64,000 bases of DNA, from NCBI GenBank assembly GCA_964016885.1, contig OZ024751.1, positions 25,358,001 to 25,422,000 of the forward strand, written 5' to 3'. The DNA comes from Eledone cirrhosa. Taxonomy: Eukaryota. Position 1 is the first letter of the stretch. Each line of letters starts with the position of its first letter. Below the pieces are notes generated by a model. It saw only the letters and a list, made by a program, of their open reading frames with translations. It did no database searches and was not told the DNA's origin. Below are positions 1 to 13,195 of this stretch, in pieces. A program made the translations under genes and the position numbers.

Positions 1-161
1 GTCTTCGGCCAGGGCTAAATTATGAATATAGAACAACGACATCTTCAGTTATGGAAAATGTATTTTGTTTATAATATTCCTGTCTTTGAGAAGAAATATA
101 TATTTTATTTCATCTCATATCTCTTCTCTCTATTAACCTGTTTTTACTTTTGTTTTTCAAG

Positions 162-805
162 TGAGTGATTTCAATTTGGCCATTGAAGAGAGTTTATCTC
201 AGCTGAAGAAATCTGCTATAAGTAAGAACAGACCGAGGGTGGTATATTTCTTCACCGACGGTTGGCATTCATCTAATAACATTAACCGACACGAAATAAG
301 CAAATATTTCCGTAAAAATAACAAAAACTGCAAAGCAATATTCTTCACGGTCGCTTTACATTCAAAGGCTGATTATATCTTAATGAAAACTTTATCGAAT
401 TTGAGTGGAGGCAAAATGTTGAGAATCAACGAAAATCAAAATTTATCTGATTCTATGATCAATTTCTTTCGCGAAATGAACACACCGTTGTTAACGAACA
501 TATCAGTGGTGGGTGTTAACCAAAATACTTATAACTATCCTGGCATAAAAGACTATTACCAAGGGACTGAAAAAATATTATATTTTAACAAAAGCAATAT
601 AAATATCACTGATGGCGGACATTTTGCTGTTTCTGCTTTCGGCGCAGGTGGCAAATTAATGTTCCCGAATACTATCAATAATGCTCATTCCAAAAAATAC
701 AAGAAAAAGTTTTTGGCAAAATATTTGGATTTTCTCTTCATAAGAATGGTAATTGATAGAAAGTTGAAGAAACGCAGGAAAGAAGCGATCAGCAGATCAG
801 AGAGG
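162..805 (+). CDS. ITIH-like VWA protein, internal exon (C-terminal half of VWA domain; gene starts upstream of window)
   Basis: Acceptor ttttcaag|, donor |gtacgg. Translation SDFNLAIEESL..VVYFFTDG..IFFTVAL..ADYILMKTLSNLSGG..FFREMNTPLLTNI..YYQGTE matches the ITIH VWA and post-VWA pattern. Confidence 0.85.
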
Positions 806-2267
806 GTACGGTATTAAAAAACTTAATTTTCAAATTATACAGGTTATTCTTGCTACCGAGCGAAAAAAAAAAAAAAAAAAAAAAAAAGCATGGCGTATGA
901 ATTAACATAATGAAATAGCTGTGAATAAATAGGGGCAAAGCATACTTTAAATTTTCTGTCTCCAACGAGTTTTGTCTCCGACGACCTTTATAACCTTCTA
1001 ATGTATTTTTTTGGCTTTACGATATCCGAAATCAGTGGCTAGTCACTTTCCTGTAATGGTACCACAGCGTTCCCACATAGAGACAGACATGACTCCATCT
1101 TCCAGCGGCAAATATCCAGTTTTATACTTCGATGAGTTATAGCCCCGATTTTGTCACACATATCATATAATGATAATTTTTGCGTCCATTACAACAACAT
1201 ACTTTGAAATGTCAATCTCCCACGTATCCATTAGACTTTCTATTGTATTAATATTAAAGTATAAGTTAAGTTAAGCCTTTAGATATGTATTTCTATGTGG
1301 ATCGTGAGAACTGTAAATAACCTCTGATGACATTACATCAAGAACCGAAGCTCAGTGGGAGATGTACGATTTACTGAGGCGGCGAAATTGCAGAGTCGTT
1401 AGAACGTCGGATAGAATGCTTTATATTCATTACGGCTTTCTGCTCTCTGAGTTCAAATCCCGTCGAGGTCAACTTTACCTTTCATTCTTTTGAGTTAGAA
1501 AAAAAAATCGTACCAGTCTAGTACTAGGGTCGATTTTTTCTCGGGACTAAATATGCTGTACTCATGCCTGGAGAGGGATGGGCTCCGCCAGGCTTCAAAT
1601 GCCTAGAAACGCTATATGTCAATACGGTGCATCTACGAATTTATCAGGAATTACGGGACCATACCATACGTAAATAAAACATGTTCTGGTATAGATAGCA
1701 ATTTAAAATATATAGAGCATGTATCTATCATTTACCAGCAACTGCATTATCGACTACCACTCTGCGAACCCCATGTTACAGGTGGATACCAAATAAAAAC
1801 CTAAATACATGTAAACGAAACTTCATCGTTTTTCTTAATGTACATCGAGCGCTCATTCTGGTGCCATCCCCTTCTGTGACGAATGACCGAGGCATTTGCA
1901 CCTAGAAACTTTCCCTCCGATGCACAAGTCCGGGTAAAGTTGTTTCTGGAAGACTAGCAGTCGCCCATGTATACCAGTGTCCCCTCTCCACTGATGATGT
2001 CCAAGGGAAAGGCTATGGCCGATATAGATTGGCACCACTGGCGTCTCAACCTATTTTTATAGCTGAGTAAACTGGAGCAACGTGAAATAAAGTGATTTGC
2101 TTAAAGACACAACGTATCACCCGTTCCAAAAATCGAACTCACAACTTCCCAATTGCACGCCCAATGCTCTACAATTAACCCATGGGACTCAGGCACGTGA
2201 TATATAAAAGTAATTATGTTTATTTCCATTCATTAAATTTTGTTTACTATGATAATATAATAGTTTG

Positions 2268-2434
2268 GAGGATTGGCAGTATCGGTAGAGCGTCAGACAC
2301 CATGCTTTGCAGCACAGAGTTACGGCCCTTTACGGTCTGAGGTTAACTTTGCCTTTCATCCTTACGGGGTCGATAAAATAAAGTACCATTAATATACTGG
2401 GTAATTGCTGGCCTTGTGCCAAATGTAGAAACAA
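2268..2434 (+). mobile_element. tRNA-derived SINE family 1 (representative copy; more than 25 copies or fragments in the window)
   Basis: A/B-box-like head plus core ctttgcctttcatccttacggggtcgataaaataaagtaccag. Other copies near 1377, 7896-8352, 8960, 9662, 9983, 14600, 17033, 21630-22000, 31085, 34277, 43093, 49801, 50090 and 57990. Confidence 0.85.
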
Positions 2435-2499
2435 ATATAATAGTTTGGAAGACGGTATGGATTGAACCTGTTTCTATTGTTTGATATTTTATATTTCAG

Positions 2500-2569
2500 A
2501 GTGGTTTCTTAACCCCATGGACATATCTGAGTGCTCTACCCAAGACGTACAATCTTATTCAGGATTCTG
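2500..2569 (+). CDS. ITIH-like exon (SGFLTPWTYLSALPK...)
   Basis: tttcag| and |gtaaat, phase 0 in and 1 out; resembles the ITIH motif Y.FVTPLTS. Confidence 0.8.
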
Positions 2570-3196
2570 GTAAATAAAACTGGCAGTGTATATGTATATG
2601 TATGCATGCCTGTATGCACGTATGTATTAATAAATGTAGGTTTGTTTGTTTGTATGTATGTATGCGTGTATGCACGTATGTATGTATATATGTAGGTTTG
2701 TATGTATGTATGTATGTATGTATGTATGTATGTATGTGTGTGTGTATGGATGGACTTATGTGTGTATGTATGGATGTATGTATGTATGACGTACGTTTAT
2801 ATATATATATATGTAGATAAATCTACCAAACTATACGGTGAAGACAGCATATATATGTGTAGGTATGTATATTCCCTCTGATAGTTTGTAAAAATTTTAC
2901 ATAGATCTATATGATATACATACCAACACACACATATATATCCTAGAAACGATCGTAAAATGATGAATTTTTTAATATAAGGAACTGTTTCTTTGTTTTT
3001 ATTCATTATTTTTTTTATTAATTTATATATATATATGTGTGTGTGTGTGTTTGTGAATGTATGTTTGCGTGTATGCACGTATGTATGTATATATGTAGGT
3101 TTGTTTGTCTGTATGTATGTGTGTATGTATATATGACGTAAATATGTATGACTTATGTGTGTATGTGTGTATGTAGGAATGTATGACGTATGTTTG

Positions 3197-3231
<35 letters not shown>

Positions 3232-3444
3232 TTGTGTATGTATGTTTGCGTGTATGCACGTATGTATGTATATATGTAGGTTTGTTTGTCTGTATGTATG
3301 TGTGTATGTATATATGACGTATATATGTATGACTTATGTGTGTATGTGTGTATGTAGGAATGTATGACGTATGTTTGTATATATATATGTGTGTGTGTGT
3401 GTATGTGCTTGTGTGTGTCTGAGATGTCTCTTTTCTGATTTCAG

Positions 3445-3501
3445 AACAAGACCTTTTGGACGAAGGAGTTGCAATAGTTGGCCGCGGCTTTACTGGATCA
3501 G
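3445..3501 (+). CDS. ITIH-like linker exon (EQDLLDEGVAIVGRGFTGS)
   Basis: Polypyrimidine tract plus tttcag|, donor |gtaacg; 57 nt, phase 1 to 1, open frame. Confidence 0.6.
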
Positions 3502-3707
3502 GTAACGAAATGGACACATACGTGTCAATATATACACATACTTAACACACACACACACACAATTACACACATATACATGCACACATTGTTGACTTAAGAG
3601 ATAAAATAGTACTCAATACTGAAATAGAGTTTAAATGTTCATTTATTTTGGCTAAGTAGTTTATTGTAAGAGAGTGTTTTGAGTTTCTAACTCAATATAC
3701 GCCTTTG

Positions 3708-3781
<74 letters not shown>

Positions 3782-3871
3782 GTATATATATATATATATA
3801 TGTATATATATGTATATATATATATATATGTATATATATGTATATATATGTATATATATATATATATATGC

Positions 3872-4290
3872 AATATATTAATAAATGGAAACTATATTTA
3901 TAAAACCATATTTATTTTATTATACATATTTCAAGGGCAACCAAGGCAAATTATGGTGCGCTTTCATCAGATAAAATACAGATTTGTTTTATAAATAAAT
4001 ATACCCGGAAAAAAGACAACCTTAACGGTTGGAGCTTCCTGGATAGGTTGTCTTTTTTCCGGGTATGTCAATATTTATTTATAAAACAAATCTGTATTTT
4101 ATCTGATGAAAGCGCACCATAATTTGCCTTGGTTGCCCTTGAAATATGTATAATAAAATAAATATGGTTTTATAAATATAGTTTCCATTATTTAATATAT
4201 TGTGTATTTACTTCACTAAGTGTTGAGTGCTTTATATCAGTTATAAAAATGTTTAAGCTTGTTGAATCCCAACAAATTAAATATAACCTC

Positions 4291-4293
<3 letters not shown>
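3872..4293 (+). mobile_element. HHR-bearing PLE-derived element with inverted arm, between (TA)n tracts (family A)
   Basis: About 150-bp inverted arms 3872-4022 and 4045-4202; related copy at 52710-52913. Confidence 0.75.
4095..4160 (+). ncRNA. Type I hammerhead ribozyme motif (mirror copy on - strand 3913-3978)
   Basis: tattttat-CTGATGA-aag..ctt-GAAA-tatgta-TA-ataaaata; 8-bp helix I. Confidence 0.75.
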
Positions 4294-4352
<59 letters not shown>

Positions 4353-4525
4353 CGATATTCAGAGTTGACACTGCACTCAGTAGTCCCGTGGGAGCGCCTA
4401 CACGGACACACTAGAAAAGGGAGAGCAAGGATGACGGAGAATCCCTTTAGCATTTAATGGTGTTTTTTTTTGTGTTTTTTTTACTATTTTATATATATAT
4501 CAACTCGTGTGTCACTTCTCTACAT

Positions 4526-4669
<144 letters not shown>

Positions 4670-4844
4670 TAATCACGCTTTCACGCCTAATTTCCATGCT
4701 TGCGTATGTTACAATTATGAAATTAGTCATTTTCTTCTGTTCTATAATTAAGAATCAATTCTTACATATCTATTCTTATTCCACCCCCACCCCCCCCGCT
4801 CAACATCACTACCACCACCACCGCTAATGACAACCGTACTTTAG

Positions 4845-4958
4845 GTGTTGGAGATCCCCACTTTACAATCGGCATCCCTGGATTAAAACGACCAGTTTGC
4901 TTTGATCTAAACGGACATGCTGACGACGTTATAAATTTGATGGCAGACGATACTGAGA
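4845..4958 (+). CDS. ITIH-like exon with GDPHF motif
   Basis: ctttag| and |gtaagt; GVGDPHFTIGIPGLKRPVCFDLNGHADDVINLMADD is the start of the ITI heavy-chain C-terminal domain. Confidence 0.9.
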
Positions 4959-6360
4959 GTAAGTAAAAATAGATGTTTTCTTCATTTCCTTTTAACCAGT
5001 AACAATAAATACCCGGAACAACTATATCTTTCGGGGAAAATCCCTCATTCTCTTAAACCCTTTCATTGCTACATTCTCAAATAGTTATGAAAATAGAGAA
5101 GAATTACGAGCTATATAATTGTCTTTCTCATTGTTAAGCCGGTGTTTGGAGTATATCTTAAAACATATTTTTTACATAAAATTACGCTAGAAGATTATTA
5201 GATTAAAACTTCCTTTTATCGTAGAACTATGGGTGGTTTAAATTCAAAACGGTTAAAACCGGAAAATATAGGAGTCAGCAGCGTAGCAGTTTTGCTAGAT
5301 TGAAACCAACGTATTTATTTATTTATTCAATTGAAATGTCCGTATAATGCTAGTAAACCATGGCAGACTAAGGGAATTGTCGAGTACTCCTTGCAGTTGG
5401 TAACCAAAACGCGTTCGTGAGACAAGTAATAAAAAATTACAAAAATAACAAAAATATACTTTTTAAATATTGAAGGCCAATGGGAAGCAGATTATACATA
5501 AGTAAACGAAAAAGAAAATAAGAAACAAGGAAAGTTTCTGTTGTTGAATGTTTTCGTAGCTTCCATGTACTCAAAGATTTTGTTTATATTTGGTAGACCT
5601 GTTATAATATATTGAACTTCCAATCTCGGTAGTCTTTTAAAAATGTGTTTCAACATGGCCTCTCTCTCTCTCAGACTGATAGTTTCTCCATTGGAACAAA
5701 TAGTGTTGATATGTGGAAAACACATACGCCACAGAAGTAGATTTTATGTAGTATCTTTACGTTGGCAATGTAGCAACCATGTGGCCCAAACCATTCCCAT
5801 AGGAAAGATACTTGAATAATCTTTCATACTGCGAAATGTAGGAGCTTAACGTTCTACAATATATAGTTTCTATATAGTTGTTTGATGTGTGAAATGCAGC
5901 GGCCACGGTGAGCTTCTGTTTATTTATTTATTTGTTTCTTTAAGTAATTTCATCGTCTTTGTAAAGCTGATGAGCCATGACAGACTTTGAGGGAGAATGT
6001 GACAGAGACAGAGAAAGCGAGAGAGAGAAAAATCTGTTAAATGTTTCTTTTAAATCTTTTTGAAAGTTCTATCAACTGGAATACCTTATTCATAGTAAAT
6101 TCTTGAAAATGTATTGTTCCTACAAACTGGTAATCTATGCTGTTGTTTTAACAGCTCAAAACAGCAGCGGAATTTAGTCCTTCATCACCAGAAAACAAAG
6201 TATACATAACAAGACCGATGTAGCATGTACAGTAATTCTTCCTGTTGCAGAAACACATTCACTAACCCCCACCATCAATAAAACAAGTTCTGCTATATTC
6301 CTTCGATCTTCATAGTGTGCGTATATTCTTTATTTTTGTTGTTATCTTCCATTGTTTCAG

Positions 6361-6777
6361 ATATTTTTGTCAATGCGAAAATCATCAAAGCCAGTAACAA
6401 TTCGAGGAAAACGTATTTAGGTGAAATATGGCTTGTGAGAGCAAATCGAATGTGGATAATTACCCCAAATGGAGTAGAACAAACGACGTCTGAAAGTGTA
6501 GAATGGAAAAATATAGTCAAGATGAACAAATCTAATGGAAGCCAACCAATCAACGATATCGATGACATTCACCAGAGTAATACCAGATCGATTAACGATA
6601 TAAGTTTCCGATATTCCGGTTTTAGAACTTTAACGGTGACAGCTGAGAGCAAAATTGGGAAAATTGAGTTTTTATTACGTCGTAGTAAAACTAAACACCA
6701 AGCAAAGAAAATTGGATATTTGAATTTTTTCTTGACCAATTCTAGTGGTCTTAGCCGTTCGACAAACGGACTGATAG
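6361..6777 (+). CDS. ITIH-like exon, ITI_HC_C region
   Basis: tgtttcag| and |gtaagt; 417 nt, phase 1 to 1; IFVNAKII..TYLGEI..GYLNFFL..GLSRSTNGLIG. Confidence 0.88.
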
Positions 6778-6800
6778 GTAAGTATATATATATATATATA

Positions 6801-6889
6801 AGTTATTCCGGGTTCAATCGGGGGTAACCACAGTAAGTAAGGTACTCAATACATAGCAGAGTATAAATGTTTTAATAATCTTTTCTATA

Positions 6890-6892
<3 letters not shown>
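6801..6892 (-). mobile_element. 3' end fragment of HHR element family F between (TA)n tracts
   Basis: Reverse complement of about 60265-60340. Confidence 0.7.
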
Positions 6893-6944
<52 letters not shown>

Positions 6945-7516
6945 TATATATTATATATATATATATATATGTATGTATGTAAGTATGTATGTATAGTCCC
7001 GTAACTCGTGATAGAGTCGAAGGCGTTCCTTAGGCATTTTAAGCCTGGCGGGGCCCATCCCTCTCCAGGCCTGACTACAGTAGCTTGTTTTCTACAGAAA
7101 AATAGAAAGTGAGAGGAAGTGAGAAAGAGATATAGAGGAAGAATCGAACCCAGTACTTGACTGTTACTTTTTTTATCAACCTTGAATACCCGTGAATTTC
7201 GTTATAACAGAATTTCACTATTTCCTGTTGCTCCAGACTACACGACTAGAAATATTGAGCTGTACTTCTAAATCAAACTGTTAGACTTGTTATGCCTAGT
7301 GTTATATGGAATCTCCCTGAGAAGCTCGTTAAGGATTCATGTGGCAAGGGAATACTCAACCATATTCACGATAATTCACCCAGCTAGCTGTTTCATTGCT
7401 TAAAGAACTGGAACACTCATCGTAAGAAGGGACAGAGATCCTAATGTTTGTGTTTATTTTTCATTGTTACTTTCTTTGATTAATTATTAACTGTATTTCT
7501 CTCTAATATTCAACAG

Positions 7517-7776
7517 GTCAGTTTATTAATTGGAAGGCCAATATTACGAAACTTCACATGCAGCCCTCAGGAAAGATCGAATCATGGATCGAGTTAGAAA
7601 ACGAAGGAAGAAATCGAACCTTTAAAGCTGTATTGACACAGAAGCGCCGGTCTATGTTCTTACACCAACAATGTTGGACAGTTTGGCAAGAAGGGAAAGG
7701 TTTCATTCAAGGAAAATATGAAGATTATTTAACAAGGGGACTAAATGCTGCTTCATTGTCACCACCACAGCGTTGA
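7517..7776 (+). CDS. ITIH-like terminal exon
   Basis: caacag| acceptor; GQF...CWTVWQEGKGFIQGKYEDY..stop matches the ITIH C-terminus (GLLGQF...CW.V...G.G.I.G...DY). Confidence 0.88.
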
Positions 7777-9226
7777 TTGGTTAAAGTGAAAGTGAAACAA
7801 AAATACAAACAATACATATAATGAAACAAAAGAAAACAACGACAAAGCAATTGCTATATACACTCACATAAATGTCGAATGTTTTAAACTATTTACTGGG
7901 TCGATAAATAAAGTACCAGTAATGCACTGGGGTCGATTTAATCGATTTTACCTATTAGATTGGCAGTATCGGTAGAGCGTCAGAAACCATGCTTTGCAGC
8001 ATAGAGCTACGGCCCTTTACGTTCTGAGTTCAAATCCCGCCAAGGTTAGCTTTACCTTCCATTCTTGCGGGATCGATACAATAAAGTACCAATAACGCGC
8101 TGGGACCGATTTAATCGACTTTCCACAAATCACTGGCCTTGTGCCTATACTAGAAATCATTATTGTTATTATTATTATTTCTACTATTGGCACAAGGCCA
8201 GCAAATACCCAGTTCATTACTGGTACATTATTTTATCGACCCCGTAAGGATGAAAGGCAAAGTTAACCTCAGCGGGATTTAATTATTAAATACGTTAAAG
8301 TACCAGTAACGTACGGAGATAATTGCTGGCCTTGTGCCAAAAGTAGAAACAATTATTATTAAATTCATGGGGTCGACTTTTACATGGATCTCCCTTTCAA
8401 AGGTGTTGAGTTTCCACGTCAAGAGCTGAAAATAAATGGATTCTAAACGAATAAAAAAATACAAAAGTCGTAAATTACAGTAATACTACCGATATATCTA
8501 CTCACAAAAACACATTTCCACAAATAGTACCATGCAGTTCTTATAAATATATATATCGTGCATATCAGAAAATAATAGCTTAGAATAGTTAATTTCCTTA
8601 TTGTAACTATCTTTTTTTTTTTTCAGGACAATAACTTCATTCATAAACGTTTGTCTATTGTCCGGGCAGAACTAGCGTCGAATTTTATTTCATATATATA
8701 TAGGAAAATGTAGATTTTTAGCTATGAACCTTGTCTCAAATTTCTCGTGAGATGGACTTCTTTCACGGGTATATGAGGTACACTGCATGCATGCATCATC
8801 CTGTAACACCTGAGGGAGTCGTAGGGGTGACGTATTAAACAACAGCGTTTCTAAGGAATTTTTAAAACCTGGCAGAGACCATCTCCTCTTCAGGTCTAAA
8901 TACAGCAGACCCAGAGTGGGTGAGAGAGTGAGAAACAAATATAAAGGAAGAATTAACATCAGTACTAGAATGGTACATTTTTTTTATCGACCTCGAATGA
9001 ATGAAAAGCAAAGCTGACCTCGGCGGGATTTGAACTCAGAAAAGAGAGAGCCAGAACGAATACCGCAAAACATATTATCCCACGTTCTACCGACCCTGCT
9101 AATTTGCCGCCTTACACGATACATTATCAAATACTATATTATGTAAAACGCAAGTGGGTACAGTTTCAGAAGTGACAGAGCATCTAAATTGCATGGTGTA
9201 AGTTGGCTAGTTGAATTTATGATTTG

Positions 9227-9342
<116 letters not shown>

Positions 9343-9344
9343 CT

Positions 9345-9572
9345 TGCATTTATGTATCAGCTGTGCTACGGCGAGAGATAAAATTTTAATTTCATTTTTA
9401 ATATTCGGCAAGGCCAGCCGTAACTCGCTCGGTTTGCAAATCGAACTACTCAGCCGATGTGTACTAAAGAAAATACTATATATTTCCAACGTTCAATAGA
9501 CTGGCAGAGGAGGTATACAGTTTTGATGAAGGGTAATGACCCAGAAACATGTTGATTATTCCTCAATGCCAG
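9345..9572 (+). mobile_element. PLE 3' remnant: decayed GIY-YIG C-terminus plus degenerate HHR (9501-9572)
   Basis: CISCATARDKILI..LGLQIELLSRCVLKK resembles C.LC..EK..I..LN.R.EL.S.C.H; followed by tTGATGA-agggt aatg accca-GAAA-catg-TT with complementary flanks ctggca.gagga/tcctc..tgccag. Confidence 0.55.
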
Positions 9573-9876
9573 AGTTGAACAAACAGATGACGATTTGTCA
9601 TCGGCACGGCACAGCTTTAATCGGGCCGTTTGTTTAAACGGATCGAATATTATTATTAATAATCCCGCCGAAGTTAACTTTGCCTTTCATCCTTACGGAG
9701 TCGATAAAATAAAGTACCAGTAATGTACTGGGAAATTGCTGGCCTTGTGCCTAAAGTAGAAACAATTATTAATATTCGATGTAACCTATATGTACATATG
9801 TAAGTATGCATACATACACACATATATTCATATACACACACACTCTCACACACTGTCTCTCTCACACACACACACA

Positions 9877-9939
<63 letters not shown>

Positions 9940-11134
9940 ATATACATAGGTATGTACGTATAGGGGATATCAAATATTAATAATTGTTTCTACTTTTGGC
10001 ACAAAGCCAGCAATTACCCAATACATTACTGGTACTTTATTTTATCGACCCCGTAAGGATGAAAGGTAAAGTTAACCTCGGTGGGATATCAAATATTAAT
10101 AATAATATTCGATACATTTGTAAACAAACGGCCCGTTTAGAGCTGAGCCGTGCCGATGACAAATTCTCATCCGTTTGTTCAACACTGGCATTGAGTAATA
10201 ATCAACATGTTTCGTTTATATACTAATTAAAGTTAACTTTAATTAGTATATAAACGAATTAATTTTAATATAAATTGACATATTAGGCTATAATACATGT
10301 ATTTTTTTTTGTTTTAAGCAATTAGGCTACAGCAAATACATCTTTTCTTTTGAACTGTTTATTAATCCCATACAATGGTAACCTAGCCTGTTATAAATTA
10401 GCAAAGCAAATTGTTAAATATTCTGCCCCACTCTCATAATACCTACTAAATTATATTGTTGACATAAGCTACGACAAGTTGTCAACAAAATTAATAATTT
10501 ATAATTTTTTTTAAATTATATTATTAATTTACTAATTTGCATCTTCGAATATATATATATATATATGTTTAGTATAGTCTCTAATTTAATCTAACTTAAG
10601 TTATAAATAAATAGATTAACAGTCAATATTTGTTTTTGTTTTGATTTTTTTTTTTTTTTTTTTTTTACCAATCCAATGTCATCATATTTTCGCCAATTTG
10701 AAAACATCAATACCAGCTGTAATATTTCCCCACTCAAATAATACCTTCTGTGTTAAGGCATTCCTATCTCATGTTTGATGTCTACGGATCTGGACAGTTT
10801 GTCTTACTGCCTCCATATCAAATGTTTTATACATCTCCAGTGGATTTTGTCGGAAGAAAACATGTTTTGGCTGATGTTATACATAAACCATGCATCTTCG
10901 AAATACATATAATAAAATAAATTTGAATGGTCTAAAGTAACTGTCTTTCGTTTATTATTATAAAAGGTAGATAAAATAAAGTACCAGTAATGCACTGGGT
11001 TAATTGCTGGCCTTGTGCCAAAGGTAGAAACAATTATCATTATAATAAAAATCCGGTTAAACACTTACCGTTGAGTGTTGAAATCTGTTATATATATGTC
11101 AGCTGATTCTAATCAACTAACTCTTTTTCATTGA

Positions 11135-11190
<56 letters not shown>

Positions 11191-11192
11191 GT

Positions 11193-11509
11193 AGAACACT
11201 GGAAGGTAATGTCCGTAGTGGAAGAGCACTCAGTCCATGGGACGAGTTAGGTAGAAGTGGTAACACAACTGTTAGTTCACCATACCGAGAACAATTGTTT
11301 CACCTTGGCGGATCCTCAGCTCGTACTGGTCATGGTTATACGGAACAGCTGTTATACGCTGTTCCATATAACCATGACCAGTACGCTGAAGATCCGCCAC
11401 GGTGAAACAATTGTTCTCGGTATGGTGAACTAACAGTTGTGTTACCACTTCTACCTAACTCGTCCCATGGACTGAGTGCTCTTCCACTACGGACATTACC
11501 TTCCAGTGT

Positions 11510-11512
<3 letters not shown>
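11193..11512. mobile_element. Fold-back HHR element (about 155-bp arms) between (TA)n/(GA)n tracts (family B)
   Basis: Near-perfect inverted repeat with an HHR motif on each strand. Confidence 0.8.
11281..11329 (-). ncRNA. Minimal type I hammerhead (mirror on + at 11378-11425)
   Basis: cgag-CTGAGGA-tccgccaaggt-GAAA-CAATTG-TT-ctcg; palindromic helix III. Confidence 0.7.
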
Positions 11513-11562
<50 letters not shown>

Positions 11563-11999
11563 ATTGCGTGTGACGTTCTGTAAGTTATAGGAAGGTAAAT
11601 CTGCAAGATGTAGAAGGCTCAAGTGCAGCAAATAACTGCAATTACAGACAGTTACCATAAAATAACTTATAAAGATCAGATAACGACTCCTAGAGACGGA
11701 AGATGATGCCAACGTGTTTGTGTTGTGGAATGCGGTATGTAGCAATATCCGTAAGTGTGAAAAAGTAAAAATGAAAACAGTGTTCAATCGGGAAGAGATG
11801 AGAAATATTATATTATTTATTTTCGTACACAGACATATAATTCCATTTGTTGTTATAATACGTTTTCCATAAACAAGCGTTTTTAACACGCATTACATTC
11901 AACCTTATCTTATAAACTCATATTATGTTCCCTATTACATTCTGGAGATGTGCTCAATATTGAGCGTTGAAACCTTAGGAAGCATTTTTGTTCCCTGTA

Positions 12000-12058
<59 letters not shown>

Positions 12059-12086
12059 AAGAATTAGGTTATACTTAAAACATCTT

Positions 12087-12175
12087 TATTCTACATATGT
12101 TTCAATATAGAGCGGTGTACCCTACCACGATACATACAACATATTTGTTCATGGCTCTACATAACCCCAGGAGTC
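12087..12175 (-). ncRNA. Degenerate hammerhead next to (TA)n
   Basis: Helix II atgtagagc/gctctatat, GAAA-CATATG-TA-gaat; 5' core decayed to CTGGGG. Confidence 0.4.
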
Positions 12176-12904
12176 TAGATATTGTTTGAAGTGTCAACTG
12201 TATGAGATACATGAGATAAATCTATACAACGGATGAAGCTCAAACAATACCAATTAAGAATACATAGTAAATTACAAACGTCAGCAAAGGCAAAGGCACT
12301 ATTTTAAAAGTGATCCAGTGAAATCCCTTGAAATTGGTGCCCCCAGCACGGCCTCAATCCAACAACTAAAAGCAAAAACAAAAATTAAAGAATAGTTTAT
12401 AGCTTTACAATGTCATAGAATTTGTTTAGTGAAGTAGCGCCATCTGTTGAAATTTTTGTTGTCTTTATTTTTCGTGTGCCTCTAGAAGAAACATCTGCTT
12501 TCAACACATAAACTTGTCATGTTGAATTCTGTGAGTTAATATGGCTTCTACATAAGGAGAAGGAGAAGATCGTTTCATTGATTCACTGATTGGGTTTTTT
12601 CTTTCTTGTTTTCATTGTCTTTCTTTACGAGCTTCAGTAAAAATCAAGATGTGGCAATATCCTGGATTTATCAATAGGACATATGTATGTGTTTATATAT
12701 ATATATATGTGTCTGTGTGTGTGTGTGTGTGTGTGGAGGGGGGAGGGGGGAGATAAAATCCCGATTTTGAGTACTTCCACGGTTAGTGGTCTCCCCGGTC
12801 TCAGCTCTGCAGACTCTCTCTCACTACGCACGCACACACACACACATAAACACACACACACACACATGCACACACATCGGTCTATGCCTCCAAAATATAC
12901 TAAC

Positions 12905-13195
12905 GGACGAGATCCCTATCATGGGCGGAGGCTTGCACAGGGACGACGCCCTTCTCTTGGCACGCGGACTCAATAATAGCCAAATAGATAGATTACATAA
13001 GTGACTTAGATATATCTTTAAGACCCAGAGCTTAGCGGTAGAAATAGAACACAACAGTAGGACAGTAAACTTCTTAGACGTCACGTTAGACTTAGACACA
13101 GGTCCCTACTGCCCATACCATAAACCCAACGAAAACTTAAAGTATGACACCAGCCACTCCAACCACCCTAGGAGCATAATTAACTCGATAGTTTC
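12905..13195 (+). pseudogene. Penelope-like element reverse transcriptase fragment
   Basis: GLHRDDALL..QIDRLHK*LRYIFK..VEIEHNSRTVNFLDVTLDLDTGPYCPYHKPN..SNHP matches PLE RT motifs (GLYRDDG..VNFLDVT..Y.KPN..SNHP); one in-frame stop. Confidence 0.85.

Noticed and set aside
1991-2020. CTGATGA...GAAA as a hammerhead
   Set aside because: Lies in a SINE family 2 body on the antisense strand; helices do not pair convincingly.
10668-10931. Minus-strand exon-like unique segment
   Set aside because: Stops in all three frames and no recognisable homology.
13002-13004. In-frame TGA in PLE RT as selenocysteine
   Set aside because: The position is not a Cys site and is more simply explained by CGA-to-TGA decay; no SECIS was identified.
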